Shown: piece after piece, positions 1 through 14,324 of the stretch
Position numbering within the stretch: position 1 is the first letter of the stretch
Layout: the number at the start of each line of letters is the position of its first letter
NCBI RefSeq assembly: GCF_006345805.1
Contig: NC_043009.1
Span: 50,964,001 to 51,028,000 of the forward strand
DNA length: 64,000 nt
Source: Octopus sinensis
Taxonomy: Eukaryota
Direction of reading: 5' to 3'
Made by a program: the position numbers and the translations under genes
Notes under the pieces: generated by a model
Told to the model about the DNA's origin: nothing
The model's input: only the letters and a program-made list of their open reading frames with translations
The model's database searches: none

Positions 1-145
1 GGTTGTTAATAGTACAGAGAGGTGTTTTAAAAGTCTAAATTTAACGTTAAATAAATACTGTAAATATGGTGTCCCTTCTTCGTGAAAATTCAGTTATCGC
101 GGCCGGTCTCGGAACCAATCTACCGCGATAAACGAGGGATCACTG
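1..145. mobile_element. End of a pogo/Tigger-like (Tc1/mariner superfamily) DNA transposon or MITE
   Basis: Minus strand of 123-145 reads CAGTGATCCCTCGTTTATCGCGG, a Tigger-type TIR start, and abuts TA (146-147). The other end lies outside the window. Confidence 0.5.
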
Positions 146-844
146 TACATGACTTGTACTCAAGTACTTGTGCAAAGGCTGTGAATTAGCAGATGTATTG
201 GAGCCTCGAACAGAACGATAAGCTGTTTGTATACCAGCATATATGTATTCCAATCTAAAGATATATTATCAGTGCCATATTCATGAGCATTAGATAATTT
301 CATGATTTTTCTTTTATAATCATTCTGATCGAGAGAAAAAGAATGATAAATGTACGCTTCGTATGTGCTGTAGCTTTCAGAGTGAATATTGAAATTCTAG
401 TGTTTTCCGGAACTGTTCCAACTTAAAGCCTTTTTATTCTTGGTTTGTTGGCAGCTATTCTTCATGTGTATATTAATGGGACTTTTGTCAATCTAATATT
501 GATTTTCAGCTGAGTTTGGTCCTAGAATCGAATCTATGACGTAATTATTGTGATACTTACATCTAAATCACGAAGCTATGCCTGTTCTACCTAGAGGATT
601 GTGTGTGTGTGTGTGTGTAGCGGGGGTGTATGGATGTGTGTGTGCCTTGTAAATATTTATTGCGGAACACTGACGAGGTGAACTGCAACATAACATAATC
701 ATAACGTAATTATATAATTCTTATGGCATTTTGATGAAAAAAGTGTTTGTTCTATAAAACATTGAATACCATACCTGTTTTCTTTAGGTGTGTGTGTGTG
801 TGTATATATGTATATATTTATATATGTATATGTGTGTGTATGTG

Positions 845-1010
845 ATCTTTCACTTGTTTCAGTCGTTGGACTTCGTCTATGCTGGGGCACCGTCTTCAAG
901 AGTTTTAGTCGAACACACATCGATTTCAGTTCTTGATTTCTACATCGACTAATATTATCAGTTCATTTTGCCGAACCGATAATTTACAGGGACATAATCA
1001 AGCGAACACT
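845..1010 (-). mobile_element. SINE family A, diverged 3' fragment
   Basis: Matches the reverse complement of the family A tail (gccgaaccg, tgtttcagtc). Confidence 0.5.
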
Positions 1011-1177
1011 AGTTGCATGGTGATGGTGGTGGCCGTGGTGGTCGTGGTGGTTATGGAGGGACACGGGTGCAAGCCAAACATAAAGGCATACATACATAAA
1101 TACATGCATACATACACACATACATACATACACACACATATATAGATATACACACACATACATGCATGCATACATTA

Positions 1178-1593
1178 TAGGTGCAGGTGTGGCTGTGTGG
1201 TACGGAGCTTGCTTCCTAACTATATGGTTCTGAGTTCAGCCCCACTGTGGGACCTTGGTCAGATGTCTTCTGTTATAGCCTTGGGTCGACCAATTTCTTA
1301 TAATCAGATTTCGTAGACGGAAACGGAAAGAAGCCCGCTGAATATACAGGTATATATATTTATGGGTGTGTGCCTTTGTGTCTGTGTTTGTCCCCCTACC
1401 ATCGGTGGAAACCGATGTTGGTGTGTTTATGTCACCGTAACGTAGCGGTTCGGCAAAATATACCGATAGAACAGGTACCAGGTTTACAAAGAATAAGTCC
1501 TGGCGTCGATTTCTTTGATTAAAACCCTTTAAGGCGGTGTTTCATCATGGCCGCAGTCTAATGACTTAACCATGTACAAGAAAAGAATAAAAA

Positions 1594-1597
<4 letters not shown>
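1178..1597 (+). mobile_element. SINE family A (tRNA-like head, internal TA/TG microsatellite), diverged full length
   Basis: Head has A-box TGGCTGTGTGG and B-box-like GAGTTCAGCCC. Body and tail (aaggcggtg...catggccgcagtc...tgact) are shared with many other copies in the window. Confidence 0.8.
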
Positions 1598-1632
<35 letters not shown>

Positions 1633-2148
1633 CATATAACCATATAACACAAGACTTCTATAGTTTTTCACTCTATTTTTTTCTTTTTTATATATAGTGT
1701 ACTGTTCCGTGATGGAAAGATCAACAAAACAGACGACTTCTGGTGAGAGATAGATATCATTGAATAAGCACAATATATATTTTTGTGCTACTATTAGTTT
1801 CATGCGATGGAATCATGCCAGACAGCATTTTAAACATGTCTGATGTTTCAGCGCAATCTTCAAGCACTGTGCACATGGTATAACAAGCTAAAAATAGGGC
1901 GATAGGATGAGTGAAAAAAAAACGAGAAAATGCGAGTAAAAAGTGGGTATAAAAAGTGGAAGGTTGAAAAACCGAAAAACGAAAAAGGAAACAAAAAGAA
2001 GCAAAAAGAGAAAGGAATTAAATTTATTTCTCCTTTCACCCTAAAATATAAGGCTGTGTCGGAAGGAAGGTATGAGGTTAACATAACGATTTTTTAAGTC
2101 GCCTTCACATAGTCCGATATAGCTCTTTTTATCGGTTGTTATAGTCTA

Positions 2149-2201
<53 letters not shown>

Positions 2202-2459
2202 ATATATATATAATATATATATATATTATATATATATATATATACATATACATGCATATACACACACGCACCACACAGACACATATATATACACACACGC
2301 ATATGTGCATGTGTGTATGTACGTACATATATTTACACATAGATATCATGAATTCACATCATACTTTCAAAATACAGTACCACGCACTTACACATATACA
2401 AACAAATATATATACAAGCATATTTATAGAACGTCGTCACAAAAAAATAAAGTAAAACA

Positions 2460-2494
<35 letters not shown>

Positions 2495-3146
2495 TGATGA
2501 TGATGATGATGATGATAATGACAATGATTATGATGATGATGATGAATATGATAAAGAAGAAAGGTGAGCAAATGAGGTGTTTCCATACTTGAGAAGCCAT
2601 GTAAATTATTCTTTATAGGTTTATTAAAATAGCACGTTATGGAAATCAGCATTCAATCAAAGTGGGCAAAATAACTACAACAACAACAATAACAACAAAA
2701 ATAACAATGATAATAATAATAAAAATAACAACAACAATTATAATAATAAAGAAATCAAGGAAAAAACATCAAAATATAAACCTAATATACAAATAACCAG
2801 CCAAACACAAAAGTCTAACATCAATATTGTCAATATATTTTTACTTATATTTCCACATATTTTACGTGTTTATTCATGCATTCTTCATAACTGCCCGTTA
2901 TATTTCCTTCCTTCTTTCGTCTTCTTTCTCCTTCTTTTCCTTCTCATCCTCCTGTCCCTTTCTTATCTCTTCTCTTCTCTCCCTTGTGTCTATTCGTGTT
3001 ATTGTTTTTCTAAGTTTTCTCAAATAATACAGAGAAAACACTAGAATTTCTTACAATCGAACGAAACGCCGTTCAGAGCCATTTTTATAATATGCATTGT
3101 CCGTAATTTTAGTATTATCATTATTATTATTATTATATATTTATTA

Positions 3147-3179
<33 letters not shown>

Positions 3180-3215
3180 CATATTACTATTATTATTATT
3201 ATATTATTATTATTA

Positions 3216-3246
<31 letters not shown>

Positions 3247-3249
<3 letters not shown>

Positions 3250-3473
3250 TAGTTTTATTTTTATAGCGTGCTTTCACTTCACTACCGAGCGCATCTCTGT
3301 GTGCCTGGGTATGTGCTGTGATTTGTTGTGATGCTCTGATGGTTATTGTATGGAAAGTGTTTTGCGTAGGATGTGTGCAGTGCCTAGTAGTGCAATTTTC
3401 TGTATGTTATATGTGTTTGTAAGTCCTGGTGTTTTTGTTATGTATTTGTCTCAATATTTTTTTATCATGCCTA
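3247..3473 (-). mobile_element. 5'-truncated R4/Dong-like RLE LINE (last codons plus 3' UTR) within a (TTA)n tract
   Basis: Near-identical to 39388-39618. Minus strand encodes ...NIQKIALLGTAHILRKTLSIQ*. (TTA)n on both sides (about 3113-3246 and 3474-3535). Confidence 0.9.
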
Positions 3474-3536
<63 letters not shown>

Positions 3537-3863
3537 GTTGTTGTTGTTGTTGTTGTTATTCTTATTGCTATTGGTCTTGTATGTTGTCCTTATTTTCATC
3601 AGATTTTATTTCTTTCTCTCCTCTCTCCTTCCCTCCCTCCCCCTCTCTCTCTATATATATCCCTCTCTTTCACAAGATCATTCTCGTTCTCTCTCGGTCT
3701 CTCGTTCACAATCTCCTTCCTTCGCTCTCTCACTTTCAGTATTTGTTTCTGTAGCTCCCTCTGTCTTTCGTTTTTCTTTAATCCAACTCTGTATACGGAA
3801 GTATGCTCATATGCATACGTACATGCATATATGTACACCCTACCCGCACATATATACATATGT

Positions 3864-3925
<62 letters not shown>

Positions 3926-3988
3926 TTACATATATTAATAATATATATGTACATGTATAATATCCATAACGTATATACATATATATGT

Positions 3989-4025
<37 letters not shown>

Positions 4026-4062
4026 TACATACATGCACACACACACATATATATAATTATAC

Positions 4063-4118
<56 letters not shown>

Positions 4119-4421
4119 TATATATAATTATATTATATATATATATATATATATGCATTTATATATATATACATGTACATATAAACACATAAGAATTAAG
4201 CTGAACACCCCTCTTTCTTTTTGCTCCTCTGTATGTATGTCTGTCTGTCTGTCGCATCTCAATACATACAAACATACATGCATGTCTAAATACGTACAAG
4301 CACGCACTTGTATATGCCTGTCTGTCAGTCTGCCTCTCAGTCCGACAAATGTCTGTACACATGCATTAATGTATATATATATGTATATATATATGTATAT
4401 ATACATATATATATACACACC

Positions 4422-4466
<45 letters not shown>

Positions 4467-5633
4467 TACATATATATGTTAACACATATATATATATATA
4501 GTATATATATATTCCATATATATATAATATATATATATATAATATATATATATATTCATATAATTATTGATATATATATATACTTATATATATGTATATA
4601 TGTATATATATATGAATATATATATATATATATAATATATATATATACATATAACATAACATATAATATATATATATATAACATTTACATATATATATAC
4701 ATATGCATACACACACACAGCCCACACACACCAACACACACCACACATATATATATTATGTATATATAGTTTGATTTAATCTCTCACCCTACCTACCTAC
4801 ACTTGGACTTGGATTCCTTCCTTTGTGCAAGTTATTACACCTCATATATATTCCTCAGCAGCCCACCATTTACCTCAACACATTCGCCACGCAATTAATC
4901 GCTATATATCATTTACTGTCTCTCTCTTACTCATTCACTCTCTCTCTTTCTCTGTATGTGTCTGTATGTGTGTCTCTCTCTCTATCTATCTCGAGCCGGC
5001 ACACACACAGACTACGTTTTCATAGACGAAGCTACACAAATATGACCATGTTGTTTTACGATTGCAACGCAAAAAAAATAAACATGAAACAGTGGCAACA
5101 CAAGAAAAACTTTTAAGTTTTCTTTTAACCAAACATAAAGAAGACAATTGACTGTATCTTGTTGTTATTGCTTCTTTTGTTTGTTTGACGGGTTGTTATT
5201 TAACCCTAGGTCGGTAGTGACTTGTCAACCCTATGATTAAAAACGTTCCAATGCGGATTTTTTTTTTGCGTTGACAGTTCTTATGTACGACTCACATCAT
5301 GGCTACATTCATATTTAAAATATTTCGGTATAATGTGAATGTACGTTTGGCTGCTATTTCTAGTGAGTGAGTTGTCGGAATGGCTACAACGTGAGACAAA
5401 ATGCGAACAGCTTTTTACTTACGGTCATTTACGTTCTTAGTTCAAATCTGAAGGTCATCAATACATCTTTCATTGCTCTGAAGTGAACCGGTAATTCTAG
5501 GGCCGATTTAATATTCCTGCCAATGAACGAAACTTTCAGCCCTTGAATCACTTAGTACTTCGGTCGATTAAATACAACCCGCACACACATATGTATATAT
5601 ATATATATATAATATATAATATATATATATATA

Positions 5634-5677
<44 letters not shown>

Positions 5678-6009
5678 ACAATGTTCCCTATAAACTCTAC
5701 CCCTAACCCTAACCCTAAATCAGTGTTCAAAGTAAAAATTAAAAATGCGAATTGAAGAAATTTAGAGCGATGGTTACTGGTATAGATGCGCACATGCTTT
5801 GCAAAGAGAGGCAAAAGTTGTACACAAGATTGCTAAATGTTGAGAAATAAATGCAAACGCAAAGAGGCATACATACAAACATTCACACACTCACACACAC
5901 CACACACACACACACACACACAACACACACACACACACACATACACACACACACACAAAACAATACACTTGATAGACGGAAAATTAAAAAGTTTATTATA
6001 TATATATAT

Positions 6010-6211
6010 GGTGAGAATTTACAAAAAAACGAAAACCCAAGACGGGTGTGTAAACGACAAACAGATGTATTAGTTTAATGCTCGGAACATGAGAAACTCT
6101 TTTACGTTTCGAGCCTACGCTCTTCGACAGAAAGGGACACAGAAATAAACAGGGAGAGAAAATACAACAAAATGGTGAGAAAAAACCAAAAAGGTTTAGT
6201 GGCTAGCGATC
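6010..6211 (-). mobile_element. Short Penelope-like terminal-repeat element flanked by (TA)n
   Basis: Homologous to 30565-30742 and 58085-58272. Contains GAAGAGCGTAGGCTCGAAACGT, a motif typical of PLE ends. TA runs on both sides. Confidence 0.6.
6099..6134 (-). ncRNA. Minimal type I hammerhead-ribozyme-like motif (non-canonical core CUGUCGA)
   Basis: Minus strand reads CTTT-CTGTCGA-A-GAGC-GTAG-GCTC-GAAA-C-GTA-AAAG: stem I CTTT/AAAG, stem II GAGC/GCTC, GAAA, and a GUA cleavage triplet. Confidence 0.55.
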
Positions 6212-6464
6212 TATATATAATACATTACATAGAAAAATGCAAGCAAAAGAAATAATATTCTTAAGAAAATTACAGAACAAGTTATTACACTTGGAAAAGT
6301 TCAGAACAACTTTATTACATCTGGTAAAGTACAGAACAAGAAAACGTGTACTTAAAATACTGCAGCTAAAGATAAAATTTCAAATAAAATATTTAGAAAA
6401 TATTAGCTTTTATTTTTTCCTACTCAAGGCCCTATTTGTTTTTCTTTTTTTTTTTTGTTGGTGG

Positions 6465-6636
6465 AGCAGTCGATTAGATCGACTCTAGTTACGCAACTGG
6501 TACTTAATTTATAGACCCCGAAAGGATGAAAGGCAAAGTCGACCTCGGCAGAATCTGAACTCAGAACGTAAAGACAGACGAAATAACGCTAAGCCTTTCG
6601 CTCGGCGTGCTAAAGTTTCTGCCAGTTCACCGCCTT
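6465..6636 (-). mobile_element. SINE family C
   Basis: Reverse complement of the ggcggtgaactggcagaa...gagttcagattctgccgaggtcgactttgcctttcatcctttcggggtc...aattaagtaccagtt body seen in many copies. Confidence 0.85.
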
Positions 6637-7026
6637 AATAGTAGCTTTTATTAAAACTAAAAATTTTATGACAAGTTATTACTTCTATTTGTTGTTACTT
6701 GTTGCTTCTATTAAAAATAGAAAGTAACCCAATTAAAATGTTTTGCACTTTAAAAAGATTAATTAAAAAAATTTTTAATTAATAATTAGAAATTTGAAAA
6801 TTGATTATGAAAAATAATAGTAGTACATAATTAGTTAGTGCAATAAATAGAACTACACAAGAATTAGTTATATAGAATTAGTTATAGTTACCTATAACAA
6901 CAAATTCACAGTAAAATTTGCTTCAGTTATTGCCATGTCTTCAGATTTTTAGTCTTGACCCAATGCCTATTTTTTACATAATGAATTTGCCTACCATATA
7001 TACTATTCTACTTTGTATATAACTTC

Positions 7027-7085
7027 ATTGGTACTTCTGGCGCTATATTGGTACTTCAGGCGCTATATTGGTACTTCTGGCGCTC
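7027..7085. repeat. 20-bp tandem repeat x3 (ATTGGTACTTCTGGCGCTAT)
   Basis: Directly visible, with one substitution in copy 2. Confidence 0.9.
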
Positions 7086-7186
7086 ATTTTTTAAGTATTC
7101 TAGTGTGTCAATATTTTAACAAAATAGTGGTATCTTTTTTAATTGTACTGTTACTTTCATACTTAAAATCAGATAATTTTTTAACA

Positions 7187-7463
7187 TAGGCGCAGGAGTG
7201 GCTGTGTGGTAAGCAGCTTGCTTACCAACCATATAGTTCCGGGTTCAGTCCCACTGCGTGGCACCTTAGGCAAGTGTCTTTTACTCGGGAAGACCAAAGC
7301 CTTGTGAGTGGATTTGGTGGACGGAAACAGAAAGAAGCCCGTCATGTATATATATATATATATATAAACATGTTTGTGTGTAGGTGTTTGCCCCCCTCCC
7401 CCATAATCGCTTGACAATTGATGTTGGTGTGTTCACGCCCCGTAACTTAGTGGTTCGGCAAAA
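7187..7463 (+). mobile_element. SINE family A, 3'-truncated
   Basis: Canonical head ggcgcaggagtggctgtgtggtaag...ccgggttcagtcccactgcgtggcacc. Confidence 0.85.
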
Positions 7464-7599
7464 ATGTTAACAGAGTTCAATTTGGTTAAGAACTGAATTA
7501 GCGAAAAGCTCTGAAAGATGCTGCGTGTGAGTAAATTGCAACCTTAAGCAGATTATTCAACTACTACCGTAGTTGAATGATGTTCTTTTGTTCTTTTAT

Positions 7600-7800
7600 T
7601 CTTTTATTTGTTTCAGTCATTTGACTGCGGCCATGCTGGAGCACCGCCTTTTAGTCGAACAAATCGACCCCAGGACTTATACTTTGTAAGCCTAGTACTT
7701 ATTCTATCGGTCTCTTTTGTCAAACCGCTAAGTTACGGGGACGTAAATACACCAACGTCGGTTGTCAAGCGATGGTGGGAGGACAAAGAGACACACACAC
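7600..7800 (-). mobile_element. SINE family A, 3' half
   Basis: ttgtttcagtcatttgactgcggccatgctggagcaccgccttt is the reverse complement of the family A tail. Confidence 0.85.
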
Positions 7801-7891
7801 ATACATTATATACACATATGTATATAATATGCATATATATATATACATACATATAATATACACACACACATAATTATATATATATATATAT

Positions 7892-8229
7892 AAAGGGTAA
7901 AGACCCCCTTCGGTCATGAATGACCATGGGATTGCACCTAGAAAGTACCCTCCTAGACACAAGTCTGGGCAAGGTGTTTTTATGGAAGGCCAGCAGGTCG
8001 CCCATGCATACCAGCCTCCCCTCTCCACGCGACCAGTGTTATCCAAGGGAAAGACAAGGTCGATACAGCTTGGCCACCAGTGACGTCGCACTCATTTCTA
8101 CAGCTGAGTGAACTGGAGCAACGTGAAATAAAGTGCCTTGCTCGAGAACACAACACGCAGCCCGGTCCGGGATTCGAGCTCACAACCTCACGATCGTAAG
8201 CTCGACGCTCTAACCACGAGCCATGTGCC

Positions 8230-8230
<1 letters not shown>
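7892..8230 (-). mobile_element. SINE family B (tRNA-like head)
   Basis: Minus strand has A-box TGGCTCGTGG and B-box-like GCTCGAATCCC, then gagcaaggcactttatttcacgttgctccag, which is shared with family D. Inserted in (TA)n. Confidence 0.8.
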
Positions 8231-8293
<63 letters not shown>

Positions 8294-8347
8294 ATATATA
8301 GGAAGAGAGAGAGAGAGAGAGAGAGGGAAAGAATGAGACAGACTGAC

Positions 8348-8423
<76 letters not shown>

Positions 8424-8790
8424 TGATTGATAGATAGATGCTATGCGTTTTGACAGGTTGATATATCCCGCTACAGAATAGTCAAAATTCTTGAAGGCGG
8501 TGCCCCAGCGTTGCTGCGGTCTAATGACTGAAACAAGTAAAAAACAAAAGATATAAGATAAAAGTCTCCATTTCCCCAAATTTACTCCATAGTATAGATA
8601 AAGGCCCTTACCCAAGGTACGATGCAGGGGTTACGACTAAAACTTCTTAGAAACGTGACCATCCATGCTCACCAAATCCAAAGCATTCAAAGCTTTCACC
8701 AGAACACAGGGCTACTGTACCGGCCCGAACGTTGGCCAATAAATAAGATCTAAACAAGACCAAACACACGAACCTAACCAAATCCACCTT

Positions 8791-8868
8791 AATCTCTATG
8801 AGGAGAGACGTCGCGTAAGCAAACAGCAAAATCTCTATGAGGAGAGACGTCGCGTAAGCAAAAAGCAA
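8791..8868. repeat. 39-bp direct tandem duplication
   Basis: aatctctatgaggagagacgtcgcgtaagcaaa occurs at 8791 and 8830. Confidence 0.9.
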
Positions 8869-9241
8869 AAGCAGATAACCAACTTAGCAAATATCACACG
8901 TGAAATGAAAATCGTCAAATGCGAAAATTTATAAAATGAATATCAAGCGGATGTGGTGTAATGCAATTAAAATGACATTAAATATTTCGTTGTTTATCGC
9001 TTTATAAATCTTATCTGATAGGATTCTCAGAAGGGATTAGCTAATGGCGTCTTTACTTGAAGTTGCTAACGGAAGTAACCAAGCCTAAGTCGTTATATGC
9101 ATATTGCTTTCTGTATCTCTGACATATGGACACCAAATTTCCCTGTCTTTTCATACGTCGAATATTAAAATTACAAATTTATAATTTTTGCATTCCCACA
9201 CATTATCGAGTTCAAATAACTCTTTCTTCACTTCTTTCTTC

Positions 9242-9282
<41 letters not shown>

Positions 9283-9350
9283 TTTCTTTCTCTTTCTTTC
9301 TTTCTTTCTTTCTTTCTTCCTTTCTTTCTTTCTTTCTTTCTTTCTTTTTC

Positions 9351-9401
<51 letters not shown>

Positions 9402-9676
9402 TTTCATCTCTCCCTCAGTCTCTCTCACTTTCTCCCCCTCTCTCCTTTTGAGCTTCTTTGTATATATACAACATGTGTGTGCATATGTGTGTATATATGC
9501 GTGTATATGTGCGTGCATTTGTGTTTCTGTGTAATATGCACGTGAAACAAAAATCATGTGACTGCATTTAAAAGTTCCGTGTAATCGACGTCAGTTGACT
9601 GAGATCAGAGACACACACACACGCACACAAACACAACACTCACACATACACACACACACCACTCACACACGCATAT

Positions 9677-10365
<689 letters not shown>

Positions 10366-10631
10366 AAAGGATATATGAATATAGATAGATATACATAAAT
10401 ACACAGAGTACGATTACACATGTGAATGCGTAAACTCACCCACACATACACTCATAGAAGCACACACACACACACACTCACAGACACAGACACACACACA
10501 CACACACACACACACCACACACACACTGTATATGCCTACTCGATTCTATGTCTTAACGTTCTTTCGAAGTTAATTGCTACTTAAACTCATTGCTCTAATT
10601 ACGATATTACAAGCTGAGCTATGTGTTGCTA

Positions 10632-10666
<35 letters not shown>

Positions 10667-10677
10667 TACTACTACTA

Positions 10678-10710
<33 letters not shown>

Positions 10711-11039
10711 ATGGTGTTGATGATGATATTTCGAACTTGAAAAATAAAATTGTCTTATTGAATATTAATATCATTCCTACCTCCAGCAGTAAAACTCATA
10801 TTAACCATATTTAACTGACGAGGCGACAACAACAACAGCAACAACAACAGCAATCACGCATAATATCCACCACACACACACAATAAGACAAATCGAGACG
10901 GAAACATATACACACACACAAACAGACACTCCACACACACACACACATACACCCCCCCATACACACACGCGTACACATAATATAACGCTATTTAGTACCC
11001 GAACATATATACGCACATAAATATGCACAAATGGGCACA

Positions 11040-11272
11040 CATTCGAAACATATACACAAAGAAAAAGATATACACACATACATACATACATACATACATA
11101 CATACATACATGCATACATACATACATACATACATACATACATACATACATACATACATAAATACATACATACATACACACACACTAATACATAAATACA
11201 TACATACATACATACATACATACTACATACATACAACAGACATACATACACACACCATACAACATAAATACA

Positions 11273-11305
<33 letters not shown>

Positions 11306-11536
11306 GCATACATACATACATACATACATACATACATACATACATACATACATACATACATAAATACATACATACATACATACATACATGCATACATACA
11401 TACATACATACATACATACATACATACATACATGCATGCATACATACATACATACATACATACATACATACATACATACATAAATACATACATACATACA
11501 CACACACATACATACATAAATACATACATACATACA

Positions 11537-11569
<33 letters not shown>

Positions 11570-12120
11570 GCATACATACATACATACATACATACATACA
11601 AACCTACATACATACATACATACATACATACATACAAACCTACATACATACATACATACATACATATATACACACCTACGTACATGTAAGTGTATATATT
11701 TATATCTGTGTGTGTATGCATGCATGTATGTAGTATGTATGTATGTATTATGTATGTATGTATGTATGTATGCATATATGCATGTGTGTGTATGTATGTA
11801 TGTATGTATTATGTATGTATGTATGTATGTATGTATGTATGCATCTGTGTGTGTATGTATGTATGCATGTGTGTGTGTATGTATGTATGCATGTGTGTGT
11901 GTATGTATGTATGTATGTATGTATGTATTATGTATGTATGTATGTATTATGTATGTATGTATGTATGTATGCATCTGTGTGTGTATGTATGTATGTATGC
12001 ATGTGTGTGTGTATGTATGTATGCATGTGTGTGTGTATGTATGTATGTATGTATGTATGTATGTACGTACGTATGCATGTATTGTAAGCATATACGTATG
12101 TGTGAATGTATATATGTATG
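11040..12120. repeat. (CATA)n array followed by an inverted (TATG)n array
   Basis: Strand polarity switches near 11680-11700. This is the source of the HTYI/MYVC pseudo-ORFs. Confidence 0.9.
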
Positions 12121-12575
12121 ACTGTATCTACTGGTGCCAATATATTGATGTAGACTAGTTTCTTAATGAAAAGCACCCGAAACAAAAATGGTTTTGTAGG
12201 GGTTCCTTTAGAATTTGTCCCTCCTTTACTTAAGGATAATTTCGGAAGAAAAAAAGGTATTTTTACTTCTCTGCAGGCATATACCAAGCATGCATGTATG
12301 TATGTATGTATGTATGTATATATGTATGTATGTGTGTATGTATGTATGTATGTATGTATGTATGCATGTGTGTGTATGTATGCATGCATGTATGTATATA
12401 TGTGAGTGTATGTATATATCACTTATGTATGCATGTATGATGTGTGTATGTATGTTCGTATGAAGATGTAATCTTATGTATGTGCCTCTATATACCTGTA
12501 TTTATTGCGTATGTAGATATAGATATATGTATGCATGTATGTATGTAACTATCTATCTATCTATCTATCTATCTA

Positions 12576-12606
<31 letters not shown>

Positions 12607-12994
12607 ATCTATCTATCTGTCTATCTATCTGCGTACCAATTGCCTTTCATTTCAACTAACCTATGATCTCGCCGTACTAACTTCCTCTCATACAGTCACC
12701 CGCTCTTTCTAAATTCTTCAGTTAGAGCTTATATTGCCTTATTGAATATTAATATCATTTCTACCTCCACTCATCTGAGCACTCCTGTAATCTAAGGGAC
12801 AATTTACTTGTAGCCCTCTCCCTGATCTTCGTGCTCAACTTAGATACAAGTGTTGGTAGGGCATGCTGCCATACCTGTCCCATACCTTGCAAAATTACGT
12901 TTTACTCCTGCACCACTTTCTTCAACGAAAAATAGCACCACTATCTACAAATATCCGAGTCCCTTACCTCGATAGTTACATATCTATAATATTG

Positions 12995-13270
12995 TCATAA
13001 ATAACAGTGACAAACGAAATATACACCCCCGATAGTTGTTGTTGACAAACAACGGCAGTAATTTTATTCAGCTGAATACACGCCATTGATTGGTTGAAAT
13101 TACCAAAATACAACTTTAACAAGAAATAGCTTAAAAAAAAAACAGAATTTTCTCAACAATGCCAAGAGTAAAATATGTTTTCTGCGACACATTCTACAAG
13201 TATACGAAGTTTGAAAGTGTTTAATTACAAAAAAAATTATTTTTTAATTCTGTAGGTCAAAAGGTAAAGA
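12995..13270 (+). repeat. Unclassified ~270-bp interspersed repeat; second copy inverted at 26612-26880
   Basis: cagtgacaaacgaaatatacacc...ggtcaaaaggtaaagat aligns to the reverse complement of 26612-26880. Confidence 0.8.
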
Positions 13271-13440
13271 TCCAAATATTGTTTTAAAAGCTATCGAAGG
13301 GAAGCGCGGGAGAAAGCTTTGTCCACAATACTCCATTAAACGCTGTTGTATGTAGCAGATCTTTGCAGCTGTTTGTTCCCTGTATTCGGTGAAAACCTAC
13401 TCAGAGTTTCCCCAAATGCTTGTCAATGAACAATATACTA

Positions 13441-13836
13441 TTTACTCTCTCTTTTACTTGTTTTCAGTCATTTGACTGCGGCCATGCTGGAGCACCGCCT
13501 TTAGTCGAGTAAATAGACCCGGGACTTATTCTTTGGTAAGCCCGTACTTATCTATCGGTCTCTTTTGCCGAACCGCTAAGTGACGGGACGTAAACACACC
13601 AGCATCGGTTGTCAAGCAATGCTAGGGGGGACAACACACACACACATATATACATAATATATACATATATACGACAGGCTTCTTTCAGTTTCCGTCTACC
13701 AAATCCACTCACAAGGCATTGGTCGGCCCGGGGCTATAGCAGAAGACACTTGCCCAAGATGCCACGCAGTGGGACTGAACCCGGAACCATGTGGTTGGTT
13801 AGCAAGCTACTTACCACACAGCCACTCCTGCGCCTA
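13441..13836 (-). mobile_element. SINE family A, young full-length copy
   Basis: Complete head to tail and highly similar to 14521-14940. Confidence 0.9.
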
Positions 13837-14091
13837 TATTCATACTTACTAACTGCGGTGCTCTGGATTTGCATGCACATGCTAACACTGAAAAACACAC
13901 AACACACACACACACACACACATGCATGCACATATACACAAACGCGCTCGCATACGCACGTACACACAGACACACAGACACCAGGCGCTTCTTCTCTATA
14001 TTCCCATCATACTAGTCCGTATAGTTCATAATACGCATTCTAACACTGAAACAACCACACACACATGCTATGATTAATATTCAAGCATACG

Positions 14092-14285
14092 AAGACGGAG
14101 AACTGGCAGAGACGTTAGCACGCCGGGCGAATTGTCTTTACATTCTGAGTTCAAATTTCGCCGAGGTCGTCTTTGCCTTTCATCCTTTTGGGCTTGATAA
14201 ATTAAGTGCCAGTTGTGTACTGGGGTCGATCAAATTAACTGTCCACTTCCCCAAAAATTTCAGGCCTTGTACCTAGAGCAGAAAA
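14092..14285 (+). mobile_element. SINE family C, diverged
   Basis: ctggcagagacgttagcacgccgggcgaa...ttcaaatttcgccgaggtcg... Confidence 0.75.
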
Positions 14286-14324
14286 CAATATTTAAACATA
14301 CTCACACCTACACAAGTGTACGCA

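Noticed and set aside
5701-5718. (CCCTAA)3 as a telomere or healed break
   Set aside because: Only three units in an internal position. Such short runs occur by chance or inside non-autonomous elements.
10988-12422. Long HTYI/MYVC ORFs (up to 367 aa)
   Set aside because: Translations of tetranucleotide microsatellites. The same applies to the YI, CV, HT, LSIY and FLSF ORFs throughout the window.
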